A stretch of DNA of 64,000 nt from an uncultured Candidatus Saccharibacteria bacterium (GCA_963519005.1 CAUQKK010000003.1:42628-106627); one strand, 5' to 3'; counted from the stretch's first letter, positions 37,983 to 48,255 are shown. Notes: generated by a model not told the origin, from the sequence alone. Numbers and translations: made by a program.

Positions 37983-38247
37983 GATCGGCCCCCTTTCTGC
38001 ATCCATTTGGATGCGATAGTGAGCTCAACCCTGTGTCGAGCTCTCTCCATTGCTGTGCACGCTCTAGTGTAGCGTCATCAGAGAGCTGGGCGCTCTATAG
38101 CGCTCGGCAGTTCCTCTAGCAGCAGCAAGTCGAGAGAGTTCGACTCCTCACCACAAAAAGTTGCTATCCACTTCTGATAAGGAGAGGATATGCTATTATG
38201 CTATTTTACATTTGTCAATAGTATGGGACAATTTTCTACTTTTGTAA

Positions 38248-38279
38248 CAAAAACACCTCCCACAAAAGGAGGTGTTTTG
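38248..38279 (-). terminator. Terminator (AAAACACC-arm family)
   Basis: CAAAAACACCTCC..GGAGGTGTTTTG after the ABC permease. Confidence 0.75.
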
Positions 38280-38316
38280 CTATGCGAGGAAGTAACGCGC
38301 TGAGCGTACTATTTCC

Positions 38317-40566
38317 CTACTCTGTTTGGTTTGCCTCTGGGTCGGTAAGCTTGCGCACCATGGGCAGCACCAGGTAGATGCCGATGATGGCAGCGACGAG
38401 CCCTCCACCAACGATGCCGAAGTACAGCGGCGAGAGTGTTGGCTTAAGCGAGGCGGAGAAGGTCGTGATGAAGATGGTACCAACCCACACCCCAATGGCG
38501 CACGAGAGGAGCGAGACACTCAGTAGCGGTACCAGCGACTCCGTCATAATGAGGCGCTTGAGCTGGCCCAGGCGCATACCACCAAGGCGCAGCGTGTAGA
38601 GTGAGCGACGGCGCTCAAACAATCCACCAATCGTCGAGACGATCAAGCTTGCCACTGCGACGAAGAGTGTCACACCCATACCAGCGTAGGCCATCTCGGC
38701 GAAGTTCTTGATGATAGGGTTGATCTGTGGGTGCTTCTCGAAGTCCCCACTGCGGATGTAGAGAAAATCGTGCGGAGTCTGGCGAGCATACATGAGGGCA
38801 CGCACCTTTTCCACGTCATCATTATGGGCAACGGTGAGGAGATAATCCTTAGGGCCATTGGTGTTGACTGGCTGCTCAGCGAGCGAGACGGTCTTGACGA
38901 CGGGGCCGTTGAAGTTGAGCAAAGCATAGTGATCACCCTGTACACCGCTGGGGCAGCTGTGCTCGGTGTAGATAGCAAGGTCGCTACAGCGGATGGCGCG
39001 AGCTTTGATGCGGCCATTGTTACCAGCAATAGGATACATTGGTGCAACATTGGTAATGTATGGCTGCTCGCTCAGGATTTTTTGTGTATCGGGCTGCAAG
39101 ACATGATCTTGCGAGGTGATCGCTACAGCGTTGCTGCGCAGCTGTGAGTAGCCGTTATTAGCCACCGATGAAGCGTTGAGGGCATCAATACCACTCACTG
39201 CCGAGAGATAGAAGCTCCCCGCAAAGAGGGCCAGCACTACCCCACTCACACTGCGGAAGACGGTCTGCGAATGGACGGCAATTCGCTTGCCCGCGATCAG
39301 GGCTGAGCCACTGCGTGCATAGCGTGCCACGGTGCGAGCGATCTTATTCGTTAGCCAGCCACCAGCCAGCACCAGGCCAAACATCACGCTGAGGAAGGCT
39401 GCGAAGAGAATGAGGGTCGGTATAGAGCTCTCACTTGCTCGCTCAGCCATCCAGTCGTGCCCAGGCTTCGACGCCATCCAGCCAAAGATACTAAGGCCAA
39501 ATGCCAGGGGGATGACGCGCCACACCCGCAGCTTCTTTGCCTTTTCGGCTGAGCGTGAGACGCCCAGTGGCGAGAGCTGTGCCTTGCGCATCCGGCGCCA
39601 GTTGACATACGTCGTCAGGCCAAGGGTCACACCAACGATGATAATATATTGATACCACTGCAGCGCAAGATCAGCTGGCCAGAAACGCATGTCGCCATAG
39701 GAGAAACCATAAAGCGAGCTCTGTGTAAGCATAAAGATAACGAGGCCCAGCACCACACCAGCCAGCGAGGCCAGTAGCGACTCGAGTAGCAGCACACGAG
39801 CCACTTGCCCCTTGGTCGCGCCCACAAGGCGCAGGGCGGCGTAGCGCTTCTCGCGTTGTGCCCCACCCAGCTGCGTAGCAACAGCAACGAAGGTGACGAT
39901 TGGGAAGAGTAAGATCGATCCACCCACAACCAGCATCATCAGCGAGAATGGGTCGAAGGCAACACTCTGCGCTTTACCATTGACATCGGTAATGTAGACG
40001 TCTGCGTAGGAGTTGGGCTGCCCATTTTTCTTAGCATATTGGTTGCTCTTCTCAACCTCCTCCGCACTCACACCCTTGACTAAGTACAGGTCATCAGGGC
40101 TCGCAGAGTACTCGTCTGGCAGCGTGCCAAGGTTGGTGGTGAGGTTGCCAAAACGCTCGAGAATCTTATCCTCCGGGTGCTGGGCGATCGCCGCTGCTAG
40201 ACCTTTGGAAAGGTAGTACTCACCTGCCTTTGGCGTATCCATCTTGGCAAATTTGGCAGACTTCTCAGTGCCCTGCAGCGAGATGACGCTAATCGTCTTG
40301 CCTCGCCACTCATCTTTGTTGCCCCGCTCGATGCCACCAGCTTTGAGTGGCTCTTGGCCGGTTGCTTGTGGCTTTTGGGGTGTATCTCTGGCTGCAGAGA
40401 TAGTACTTGAGATAATCGCCCGGTTTTGGCGGCCCACCAAGCCATTGAGCCCAGCGGCCATGTAGCACAGCATGACGATTCCAAGCGAGATGGCTGCTGC
40501 CGTGAGGCCCAGGCGCATCATTGATTGCCGGCCCGATTTTTTTAGTAATAACCAACTAACGCTCAT
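38317..40566 (-). CDS. ABC transporter permease (FtsX-like, two repeats)
   Basis: REKRYAALRLVGAT..QV..LLES and ERRRSLYTLRLGGM..ES FtsX motifs; many TMs. Confidence 0.9.
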   Translation of the reverse strand: MSVSWLLLKKSGRQSMMRLGLTAAAISLGIVMLCYMAAGLNGLVGRQNRAIISSTISAARDTPQKPQATGQEPLKAGGIERGNKDEWRGKTISVISLQGTEKSAKFAKMDTPKAGEYYLSKGLAAAIAQHPEDKILERFGNLTTNLGTLPDEYSASPDDLYLVKGVSAEEVEKSNQYAKKNGQPNSYADVYITDVNGKAQSVAFDPFSLMMLVVGGSILLFPIVTFVAVATQLGGAQREKRYAALRLVGATKGQVARVLLLESLLASLAGVVLGLVIFMLTQSSLYGFSYGDMRFWPADLALQWYQYIIIVGVTLGLTTYVNWRRMRKAQLSPLGVSRSAEKAKKLRVWRVIPLAFGLSIFGWMASKPGHDWMAERASESSIPTLILFAAFLSVMFGLVLAGGWLTNKIARTVARYARSGSALIAGKRIAVHSQTVFRSVSGVVLALFAGSFYLSAVSGIDALNASSVANNGYSQLRSNAVAITSQDHVLQPDTQKILSEQPYITNVAPMYPIAGNNGRIKARAIRCSDLAIYTEHSCPSGVQGDHYALLNFNGPVVKTVSLAEQPVNTNGPKDYLLTVAHNDDVEKVRALMYARQTPHDFLYIRSGDFEKHPQINPIIKNFAEMAYAGMGVTLFVAVASLIVSTIGGLFERRRSLYTLRLGGMRLGQLKRLIMTESLVPLLSVSLLSCAIGVWVGTIFITTFSASLKPTLSPLYFGIVGGGLVAAIIGIYLVLPMVRKLTDPEANQTE

Positions 40567-40567
40567 G

Positions 40568-41248
40568 TTACATCCCTCCCGAGATCTGCCCATCGCGCAC
40601 GATGATCTCGCGGTCGGCATAGGCAGCAATGGTTGGCTCGTGAGTCACCATAATCACGGTGGTACCATATTGCTTGGCAGTGGCGATAAATAGCTCCATC
40701 ACACGCTGTGAGTTGAGGCTGTCGAGCGAGCCCGTTGGCTCGTCGGCAAACAGCACCTTCGGCTTGATGACCATCGCTCGGGCAATCGCTACCCGCTGCA
40801 TCTGCCCACCAGAGAGCTCACCGAGCATGTTACCAGCCTTGTTGCCCAGCTCTACATTGTCCAGCCAGCGCTGAGCGGCTTCGTACGCTACGGCACGCTT
40901 CTCGCCATTAAGCAGCAGTGGCAGTGCGACATTATCCAGCGCCGTGAGCTCTGGCACGAGCTGCCCAAACTGGAAGACGAAGCCAAAGGCTGTGCGCCTG
41001 AGGACGCTCCGCTGATCGTCATTGAGCTTGTCGATCCGCTTACCTGCGCAGTGAATCTCGCCACTGTCGACAGGGGTAATCGCCGCCAAGCTATGGAGCA
41101 ATGTACTCTTACCCGAGCCACTCGGCCCCATGATGGCCAGCACTTCGCCCGGCATCACATCGAGCGACACGCCGCGCAATGCTTCCGTCTGGCCGAAGGA
41201 TTTCTTCAGGTTGCGGGCGCTAATGATTGGTTGATTGGTTGGTCTCAT
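40568..41248 (-). CDS. ABC transporter ATP-binding protein (LolD/MacB-like)
   Basis: GPSGSGKST, LSGGQMQRVAIAR, ADEPTGSLD, VTHE. Confidence 0.96.
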   Translation of the reverse strand: MRPTNQPIISARNLKKSFGQTEALRGVSLDVMPGEVLAIMGPSGSGKSTLLHSLAAITPVDSGEIHCAGKRIDKLNDDQRSVLRRTAFGFVFQFGQLVPELTALDNVALPLLLNGEKRAVAYEAAQRWLDNVELGNKAGNMLGELSGGQMQRVAIARAMVIKPKVLFADEPTGSLDSLNSQRVMELFIATAKQYGTTVIMVTHEPTIAAYADREIIVRDGQISGGM

Positions 41249-41771
41249 TGATCAGTTCCTCCTTAAGTTTGGTTAAGCGCGACGTCGTTAGCTCAATCCA
41301 GCGCAGGTCTGCCTCCAGATGGTACAGTGCGTGGTCGATGAGCAGCGTGTCGGCTAAGTTGCTTTCGCGGCGACGGCTTGTGAGGTCGCGCATCCGCTGG
41401 ATGTGGGCTTGCCGCTGGTTGTCTAGGTAGGGCGCGGCATCACCTTCGCGCAGGATTGCCAGCACGGTCTTGACGTACATATTGGCCTGCGACTGATGCG
41501 ATGGCAGCTCGGGCGCTTCCAGCCAAGCCTGCAGGTCTTGCTTGCCCTGCTCGGTAATGGCGTAGCGCACCCGGTCTGGCCCACCAGACTCACTGGTGTC
41601 GGCAATCTCCTCCACTTTGTTGTCGCGCTTGAGGCGCCCCAACGTCGAGTAGACCTGCCCTGGCAAAATTGGCTTATCTTTGCCAAAGAAACCGTCGTAC
41701 TGCTTCTTCAGCTCGTAGCCATAGTTTGGCGCATTCGCCAACAATCCGAGTAATGTATATTGAACGTTCAT
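41220..41771 (-). CDS. PadR-family transcriptional regulator
   Basis: LLGLL...YGYELK, GQVYSTLGRL, YAITEQG, HLEADLRWIE. Confidence 0.93.
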   Translation of the reverse strand: MNVQYTLLGLLANAPNYGYELKKQYDGFFGKDKPILPGQVYSTLGRLKRDNKVEEIADTSESGGPDRVRYAITEQGKQDLQAWLEAPELPSHQSQANMYVKTVLAILREGDAAPYLDNQRQAHIQRMRDLTSRRRESNLADTLLIDHALYHLEADLRWIELTTSRLTKLKEELINETNQSTNH

Positions 41772-41778
41772 ATCTCTA

Positions 41779-41852
41779 CTATACACCGAGTGACTAGCGA
41801 GTGCAAGCCCTATTATACACTTAGTGTATAGTTTATAGACACGTAGTGGGTA
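41779..41852. promoter_or_regulatory. Three putative PadR operator boxes
   Basis: Perfect TATACAC-tta-GTGTATA (41814-41830); degenerate CTATACAC-cga-GTGACTAG (41779-41797, over the -10) and TAGACAC-gta-GTGGGTA (~41836-41852). Confidence 0.6.
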
Positions 41853-42200
41853 ATGTAAGTATTTACCTCTGTTATCTCATTCACTCTATATCTTTCTTAG
41901 CAGTCCAGCTTGGTGTCTTGTTCTGTTGCTGCCCTACTCCACTGCCACCAATAAGCCCCACTTACTATCGGCAAACACTATGCCAGTACGCAGCCAGACT
42001 CGTTTGCTCATGAGTAGCATACGTAGGCTATTTGCGCATGATGATATGACGGTCATATATACTGCTCTCGAGTACGAGCACTTTGTTTAGTGTTGCTATT
42101 TGCCGCCCATAAACCCAGCAAAAGTAAAAAGGCCAGTCATACCACCAGCGCAGCCACGCAAGGATACAAACTATATAGAGCCTTAGCTTCTCTAAGCACA

Positions 42201-42234
42201 GCAAAAACACCCCAGCAGTATCTGGGGTGTTTGC
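42201..42234 (-). terminator. Terminator (AAAACACC-arm family)
   Basis: GCAAAAACACCCCAG..CTGGGGTGTTTGC. Confidence 0.75.
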
Positions 42235-42271
42235 ACACGATACGTCGAGAGACGATCTATCTCATGGCCAA

Positions 42272-43318
42272 TTAGTCGCCAAGGGTATCCATCTTACCCT
42301 TGGTGCGCAAGATATCGCGCAGTTCGCGGACAGATTCTTTGCTCGATGACTGTGCATCTTTGAGCTTGTCGTAGAGCGACTTTGTCAAAGATGTGCTTGG
42401 GATCTCGGGGCGCTTTGGTGAGCTACTGCTGCTATCACGGTTCTTATAGTAGTTTACGAGGGCCACATAGTAAGCGCGCATCTCTTTGCGATACTTGATC
42501 TGCTCGTTGGCATAGTCGCGCACACTGGCGTATTGTGAGTCTTTCATCTTATTAAGGGCGTTAAGGCAAGATTTTTGCTGCTCATCATACTTCTGGCCAG
42601 CTTCATCACCAGATGCGCTACTGAGTGGCGAGCTGTAGCTCGTGCGGCACGAGTTGCTGTATTCTTTGTAGGCAGTAGCGACCGCGCCCGATTCTTTGAG
42701 CAGCGGCTTGACTTTTTCGTAATCACTCTTGTACTCTTCGAAGGCTTTCTTGACCTCACCATCGCGCATAGCAGCAGCTTTGCCGAGCTTGTCGAAGTGG
42801 TCATCCGCCTTGCGAACCACCTCGTTGATTGACGTTTCTGGGTCTGACCTGTCTATATTAAGGCTGGTTGAGTCGAAGCTATTCATCATAGCGTATGCCT
42901 TGCGATAATCCTCGGTGCTTGGCCCTGAGAATAGTACGATACACACGATTATAATGATGATCAGCACAAATATACCAATCCCGCCGCCGATCAAACTCCA
43001 CAGCAAGCCCTTGCTCATACCCTGCTTGGGTGGCATTGGGCCCATTGGCCGGCCTGGCTGTGGCTGCATTGGCTGAGGTTGGCCTGGTGCTGGCTGAGCT
43101 GGTTGCTGTGAAGTAGGCTGCGGTTGCGCAGCAGGGGCTGGCCCAGCAGCTGGCTGTGGAGCAGCAGGAGTAGGCTGCTCAGTTGGTGTTTGCTCAGCGG
43201 CAGCACGCTTGCTAGCCAGAGCGGCCTTCTCTTCTTCAGTATAAGGTGGGTTATTCATATCAAAGGTTGGGACAGCCTCTGGGGGTTGCTCCTGGGGGTT
43301 TGCTGGTTGATTACTCAT
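42272..43318 (-). CDS. Hypothetical single-TM protein with Pro/Gln-rich N-terminus and helical ectodomain
   Basis: AAGGAG SD; QP-rich tract, TM IGIFVLIIIIIVCIVLF, two Cys in the C-terminal domain. Confidence 0.85.
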   Translation of the reverse strand: MSNQPANPQEQPPEAVPTFDMNNPPYTEEEKAALASKRAAAEQTPTEQPTPAAPQPAAGPAPAAQPQPTSQQPAQPAPGQPQPMQPQPGRPMGPMPPKQGMSKGLLWSLIGGGIGIFVLIIIIIVCIVLFSGPSTEDYRKAYAMMNSFDSTSLNIDRSDPETSINEVVRKADDHFDKLGKAAAMRDGEVKKAFEEYKSDYEKVKPLLKESGAVATAYKEYSNSCRTSYSSPLSSASGDEAGQKYDEQQKSCLNALNKMKDSQYASVRDYANEQIKYRKEMRAYYVALVNYYKNRDSSSSSPKRPEIPSTSLTKSLYDKLKDAQSSSKESVRELRDILRTKGKMDTLGD

Positions 43319-43467
43319 GCATCTCCTTGTTAACTTGGCTATTATTCACCATAACTATTATACCGGAATAGCAGCAATTGGCCAATATATATCTTGCTGT
43401 GGCTTCACGCCCTCCTCTCCTTCACGTCCACTCATACAGCACCAAAGAAAGCGGAGGTTGTTACCAG

Positions 43468-43502
43468 CAAAACACCCCACGCATCCTTGCTGGGGTGTTT
43501 TG
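43468..43502 (-). terminator. Terminator of pnp (AAAACACC-arm family)
   Basis: CAAAACACCCCA..TGGGGTGTTTTG. Confidence 0.75.
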
Positions 43503-43528
43503 TGTTGCGAGGCTAGTGCTCAGATCTG

Positions 43529-45646
43529 CTACAATCCGATCATCGTCAGATTAATCTTGCCGCGCTCGTCAATGCCGGTGATCTTCACTTGCACGGTTTG
43601 GCCTTCTTGCACGACATCTGTTACCTTACCGACTCGGCCTTTGGCAAGCTTCGAGATATGCACCATCCCATCCACGCCAGGTAGGATGTTCACAAAGGCA
43701 CCAAAGTCCTTAATCGTCACGACGGTGCCGGTGTAGGTGCGGCCAACTTCGGGCTCTTCCACCAGGCTTTTGATCCAAGCCAGCGCCTTCTCAATCGCCT
43801 CACCATTGGGGCTGGCAATGGTAATCAGGCCGTCTTCTTTAATATCCACCTCGGCACCCGTTTCGCTAGTGATTTTATTGATGGTTTCACCGCCCTTACC
43901 AATGACGGCGCCAATTTTATCCGGGTTAATCTTGAGCTTTTCGATACGCGGCGCGTAGGGGCTGAGTTCTTTACGTGGCGCTGGCAGCACACTCAGCATG
44001 TGCTCCAGGATATGGGCGCGACCAGCCTTACTCTGCTCGAGCGCCTGGCGCAGCACCTGCACGGGCAGACCATGCACCTTCATATCCATCTGCAAGGCTG
44101 TAATACCCTTGCTCGTACCCGTCACCTTAAAGTCCATGTCGCCGGCAAAGTCCTCGGCGTCGGCAATGTCGCTCAGTACGTAGGGCGTGTCACCATCCAT
44201 CATCAGGCCCATAGCAATACCACTGACTGGTGCCTTAAGCGGCACGCCAGCGTCCATCAGAGCCAAGCAGCTACTACAGGTGGCCGCCATGCTGGTAGAG
44301 CCGTTCTGGCTCATGATTTCTGTCACGCTGCGGATGGCATAGGGGAACTCTTCTTCGCTCGGTAGCACCGCCGTGAGGGCGCGCTCCGCCAAGTACCCGT
44401 GGCCAATCTCACGCCGGCCCGGGCTACCGAGGCGCTTCACCTCACCGACTGTATAACCCGGGGCGTTGTAGTGGTGCATATAGCGGCGCTCGCCTTCTGT
44501 CACCTCCATGGTATCGACTAACTGTGCGTAGCTGAGCGGTGCTAGTGTGACGATATTCATACCCTGCGTCACCCCGCGGGTAAACAGGCTGCTCCCGTGG
44601 GTGCGTGGCAATATCCCAACCTCGCTCGAGAGCGGGCGGATCTCCGTCAGGGCGCGGCCATCGGGGCGGGTGCGCTCCTCCACAATGCCGCGGCGTACAT
44701 CGTTGTGCAGCGCCAGGGTAAAGGCTTCGTCGTACTCATCACGCACCGCTGCGTATTCCTCGGCGTCGAGGCCCAGCTGCTCGGCCATGGCCTCGTGGAA
44801 GGCCCAGCGGATTTCGTTCACAACTTCATTGCGCTCGGGGTATGGGCGGCGGATCTTCTCGCCCAGTTTGCCATCAACCCACTGGTTGGCCACGGCTTGG
44901 ATGTCTTCGTTTGGTAAGACCAGCTCGTATTCCTGCGGCGCTGGTGCTACCTTATTCGCCAGCTCGCGCTGCAGCGCGATAGCTGGCTGCATGGCTTGGT
45001 GTGCCCAGGCTATGGCATCGACGATGACGTCCTCGGGCACTTCTTTAGCGCCGGCTTCTACCATGGTAATGCCACGCTCAATGCCGGCCACCACCAGGTC
45101 GAGGTCGGACTGCTCACGCTCCTCTGGTGTCAGGAAGGCTTTAAATTCACCATTCACCCGGCCAACGCGCAGGCCCGCCACCGGCCCATCAAACGGCGTA
45201 CCAGTTAACATCAGGGCACTGCTAGCAGCAACCATCGCCACCATATCTGGGCGGAAGCTCGGGTCCATGCTGAGCACCGTGGCCACCACCTGCACTTCCT
45301 GGCGGTAGCCTTTCGGGAAGAGTGGGCGGATCGGCCGGTCGATCAGGCGGCCAATCAGCACTGCTTCGTCGCTGGGCCGGCCCTCACGCTTAATAAAGCG
45401 GCTGCCGCTAATCTTGCCCGACGCATAGAACTTCTCTTCGTAGTCGATGCTTAAGGGGAAGTAATCCAGCGTTACCGGGCGAGTGCCCACCTGGGCCGTA
45501 CCCAGCACCACCGTATCGCCGTACCGCACCAGCACACTGGCCGTCGAGCGAAAACCAACGCGGTTGACCTCCAGGGTAAGGGGCCGGCCGCATAGCTCGG
45601 TCGTCACAGCAAAGACATCTTTGCCGCTTGGGTTAATAATACTCAT
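43529..45646 (-). CDS. pnp: Polyribonucleotide nucleotidyltransferase
   Basis: RFIKREGRP, RREIGHG, NGSTSMA, GDMDFKV, KH and S1 domains; AAAGGAG SD. Confidence 0.98.
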   Translation of the reverse strand: MSIINPSGKDVFAVTTELCGRPLTLEVNRVGFRSTASVLVRYGDTVVLGTAQVGTRPVTLDYFPLSIDYEEKFYASGKISGSRFIKREGRPSDEAVLIGRLIDRPIRPLFPKGYRQEVQVVATVLSMDPSFRPDMVAMVAASSALMLTGTPFDGPVAGLRVGRVNGEFKAFLTPEEREQSDLDLVVAGIERGITMVEAGAKEVPEDVIVDAIAWAHQAMQPAIALQRELANKVAPAPQEYELVLPNEDIQAVANQWVDGKLGEKIRRPYPERNEVVNEIRWAFHEAMAEQLGLDAEEYAAVRDEYDEAFTLALHNDVRRGIVEERTRPDGRALTEIRPLSSEVGILPRTHGSSLFTRGVTQGMNIVTLAPLSYAQLVDTMEVTEGERRYMHHYNAPGYTVGEVKRLGSPGRREIGHGYLAERALTAVLPSEEEFPYAIRSVTEIMSQNGSTSMAATCSSCLALMDAGVPLKAPVSGIAMGLMMDGDTPYVLSDIADAEDFAGDMDFKVTGTSKGITALQMDMKVHGLPVQVLRQALEQSKAGRAHILEHMLSVLPAPRKELSPYAPRIEKLKINPDKIGAVIGKGGETINKITSETGAEVDIKEDGLITIASPNGEAIEKALAWIKSLVEEPEVGRTYTGTVVTIKDFGAFVNILPGVDGMVHISKLAKGRVGKVTDVVQEGQTVQVKITGIDERGKINLTMIGL

Positions 45647-45805
45647 ACAGAGCTCCTTTCTTGCGGCAAGTAACAGGGGTGAATGCTCGCACCTATCATC
45701 TTCATGCAAGCCCTCAACGCTATCACTGCCGCGTTATTATACTCTTCTTAGTATACCGCATTTTGGGATATACTGGTAGTGCTTCGTATCGGACAGCTTC
45801 AGAGT

Positions 45806-46090
45806 TTACACGCCATCTGAGCTGCTATGGTCAATTATTACCAGGCGCATTGTATTATCACCTTCATATGTAGTCTGTGAGCCCTTGATAGAGAGAATGT
45901 TTTCACTGCCCTTGATTGCTGCGCAACCCACAAACCGCACATACGTTGCGCTCAGCCATTCGACGCTGCGTGGCATAACAATAATTTCTTCACCACACTC
46001 CCCTATGACGGTGAACGAGACACTATTCTCCACCTCCTGTGGCTGGCCATAGATCATATACTCACTGCGTCGAGAGAGCTCTTTCTCCAA
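45806..46090 (-). CDS. Hypothetical protein
   Basis: 94-aa ORF co-oriented with neighbours; start uncertain (TTG 46090 or an internal ATG). Confidence 0.45.
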   Translation of the reverse strand: MEKELSRRSEYMIYGQPQEVENSVSFTVIGECGEEIIVMPRSVEWLSATYVRFVGCAAIKGSENILSIKGSQTTYEGDNTMRLVIIDHSSSDGV

Positions 46091-46269
46091 AACAGCTTTA
46101 TATTAGCAAGTTATCCCATATTCGTCAATCAGCCCCTCGCCATAAGTATGCACAGCATAGCCTCATCACCTCTATTATGAGCCTCTCTCCCCCACTACTC
46201 AACCCGCGCGGCGAGTGATAAGAAGAGGATATGTGAGAATTGGTGGCATGCGCGACACACTTTTGTCGC

Positions 46270-47565
46270 TTAGATCATCGTGTTGTCATACCGGCTGCGG
46301 TTCTTCGCGTGGCGGCGCTTGCGGCCGACAAACCACCACCAGGCACCACCGCCACCAGCTGCAGCGAGAACTACTGCCACAGCGATAAGGATGATGATCG
46401 TCCAGTTGGGCCCTTCCTCTTGCTTGCGCATGGTCGGTTGCTGGCGCTTTTTGCTTGGCTGCGGTTTTTTCTTGTCCTTCTTTTCGTCCTTTTTCTTGTC
46501 TTTGTCGTCTTTTTTCTTCTCCTCAGGCTTAGGAGCAGGTTTTGGCGCTGGTGCAGGTGTTGGCACAGGCTGAGCCGTTACTTTCAAGCCAAAGGTGTCG
46601 GCGCAATCAGCCGTGAGCGGCGTCGCTGCACCCACTGGCACATTACCGCGTTGGATACTCCCCAGGCCAGCCAAACCACCCAGCAAGGTAGATGAATCAT
46701 TATACGGGTTGATATTTGGATCTGCCTCCTCGGCTGGTGTGGTCGGGCCACGATCGGAGGTTGTATACACCCAGCCAGCATTGCGCTCGCGGGCCTTGGC
46801 TACCACCTGGGCCTGTTGCTCGTTGCTGCCCACACTGTGAATGACGTGCCACATTTTGTAGGCGTTGGCTGGGTTTTTCTCGAAGTTGGTGGCAGTTGGG
46901 TGATTTAGGTCGTAGTAGCTATCGCTCAGGTAGCGCGCCGCTGAGGTCTCGGCATTGAGAAATACATCACCATAAGGCATGACAGACTCACCGAGGAAGC
47001 GTGTGCCCGCATTATGGATAACGATGGAGCCAGGGTGTTTAACCTTGACGTAGTTATAGAGGTTGGCCAGATAGCAGGTCTTTTGACCACTACTGTGGTT
47101 GTCGGCTTCGTCAAAGAAAATCCCTTTCACATTGGGGTAGAGCGCATACCAGCGATCGATCTCTGCTGCCACCTCGGCAATATTGCGCGTCTGGCGGCCA
47201 TGCTTGACGTAGCCAATGTATTTGACCCCAAGCGAATCGAGTCGTGCCAGGGCTTTCACATAATCACTACTAACCGTTGTACCTGGGCCGCTCGATGGGT
47301 TAACCACTACAAAGGGCGTCTTGCTCGAGACATTAGCCATATCATTCCAATACTGATTGTTGCCACCCTGCATGGGGTAGCTATAGGCTGGCATCATGAT
47401 AGACTGCTGCGGCGCCATAGCACTCACTTGCGGTACAAGCAATTGACCCAGCACTGCCACAGCGGCCACAAACATCAGCACTGCGCGCCGTACTTGCTGC
47501 ATACTCCACCGCATCGCCACACCCGTGGACGCCCGTGCTGCGTCTGTCACATCCTGCATAGTCAC
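46270..47565 (-). CDS. Spherulation-specific family 4 (GH135-like) glycoside hydrolase with C-terminal membrane anchor
   Basis: PAYSYP, VVNPSSGPG, IGYV, IDRWYALYP.VKGIFFDE, HNAGT; signal peptide, PAP/K-D-rich linker, TM and basic tail. Confidence 0.8.
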   Translation of the reverse strand: MTMQDVTDAARASTGVAMRWSMQQVRRAVLMFVAAVAVLGQLLVPQVSAMAPQQSIMMPAYSYPMQGGNNQYWNDMANVSSKTPFVVVNPSSGPGTTVSSDYVKALARLDSLGVKYIGYVKHGRQTRNIAEVAAEIDRWYALYPNVKGIFFDEADNHSSGQKTCYLANLYNYVKVKHPGSIVIHNAGTRFLGESVMPYGDVFLNAETSAARYLSDSYYDLNHPTATNFEKNPANAYKMWHVIHSVGSNEQQAQVVAKARERNAGWVYTTSDRGPTTPAEEADPNINPYNDSSTLLGGLAGLGSIQRGNVPVGAATPLTADCADTFGLKVTAQPVPTPAPAPKPAPKPEEKKKDDKDKKKDEKKDKKKPQPSKKRQQPTMRKQEEGPNWTIIILIAVAVVLAAAGGGGAWWWFVGRKRRHAKNRSRYDNTMI

Positions 47566-47678
47566 TCTCTATGATAGCATCTTTGTGCATAAATGGGTAT
47601 TATGTTGTGTATGTCACAATGTTTTTGCGGAGGCTTCCCTGTTGTGGTGCGTGGTATGTGATGGTATCACACAGGCAA

Positions 47679-47707
47679 CAAAACACCCAACTTATGTGGG
47701 TGTTTTG
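47679..47707 (-). terminator. Terminator (AAAACACC-arm family)
   Basis: CAAAACACCCA..TGGGTGTTTTG. Confidence 0.7.
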
Positions 47708-47739
47708 GTTTGATATATGCTATATCCTCGCCGTTTTTC

Positions 47740-48255
47740 CTATTGTTTATGTGGTGCTGGCGGTTCAATAACGCCAAGTAGGCTAACTCTGCGGAGTGCT
47801 TCATCAAGCCCATCACGGGTTTCCTCTATTGTTTCAATTGGAGCTAGGTCTATGCTACCTACTGGTATGCTCCAATCTGTGCGGCGTAAATATTCACCCG
47901 AACCTTTAACAGTATAGTCCTGTCTTGCCATTACGACTGGCGTACCATCATTCCTATTAGCAACAGTCTCTATTCTAATCTGGCGAGCTGTTCGGCTTGG
48001 ATTGTTATCTGCCTTATTACCTATCGAGTCAAATATATCAACTGCCAGAACTTCCGCCGTTGTTATTTCGCCGCATTTGTCAGGCTGAGATGACCGAAAG
48101 CTAATAGATCGATAAGTATTTGTAGGCCAAGTGTTATCAACTTCTACATATCCTGGGTATAGTTTGAATTTGTCATCAACATAAGCGCAGAATTTCTTGC
48201 TAACTTCCGCTCTCTCAATCTTTTCGTGGTCACCTCTTGGACTAAATTCTCCCAT
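47740..48255 (-). CDS. Hypothetical protein, lower GC than neighbours
   Basis: TTGACA-18-TAGAAT promoter, AAGGAG SD, own terminator. Confidence 0.75.
   Translation of the reverse strand: MGEFSPRGDHEKIERAEVSKKFCAYVDDKFKLYPGYVEVDNTWPTNTYRSISFRSSQPDKCGEITTAEVLAVDIFDSIGNKADNNPSRTARQIRIETVANRNDGTPVVMARQDYTVKGSGEYLRRTDWSIPVGSIDLAPIETIEETRDGLDEALRRVSLLGVIEPPAPHKQ

Noticed and set aside
38128..38153. GTTCGACTC..ACCA resembling a tRNA 3' end
   Set aside because: The T-stem does not pair and there is no acceptor or D arm; the motif is one arm of an AGTCGA/TCGACT hairpin.
46178..46238. Possible fifth, highly decayed copy of the structured repeat (also fragments near 18590 and 22540)
   Set aside because: Only loose CT-rich/GA-rich end similarity; the diagnostic CATCGGATGAAG core is absent.
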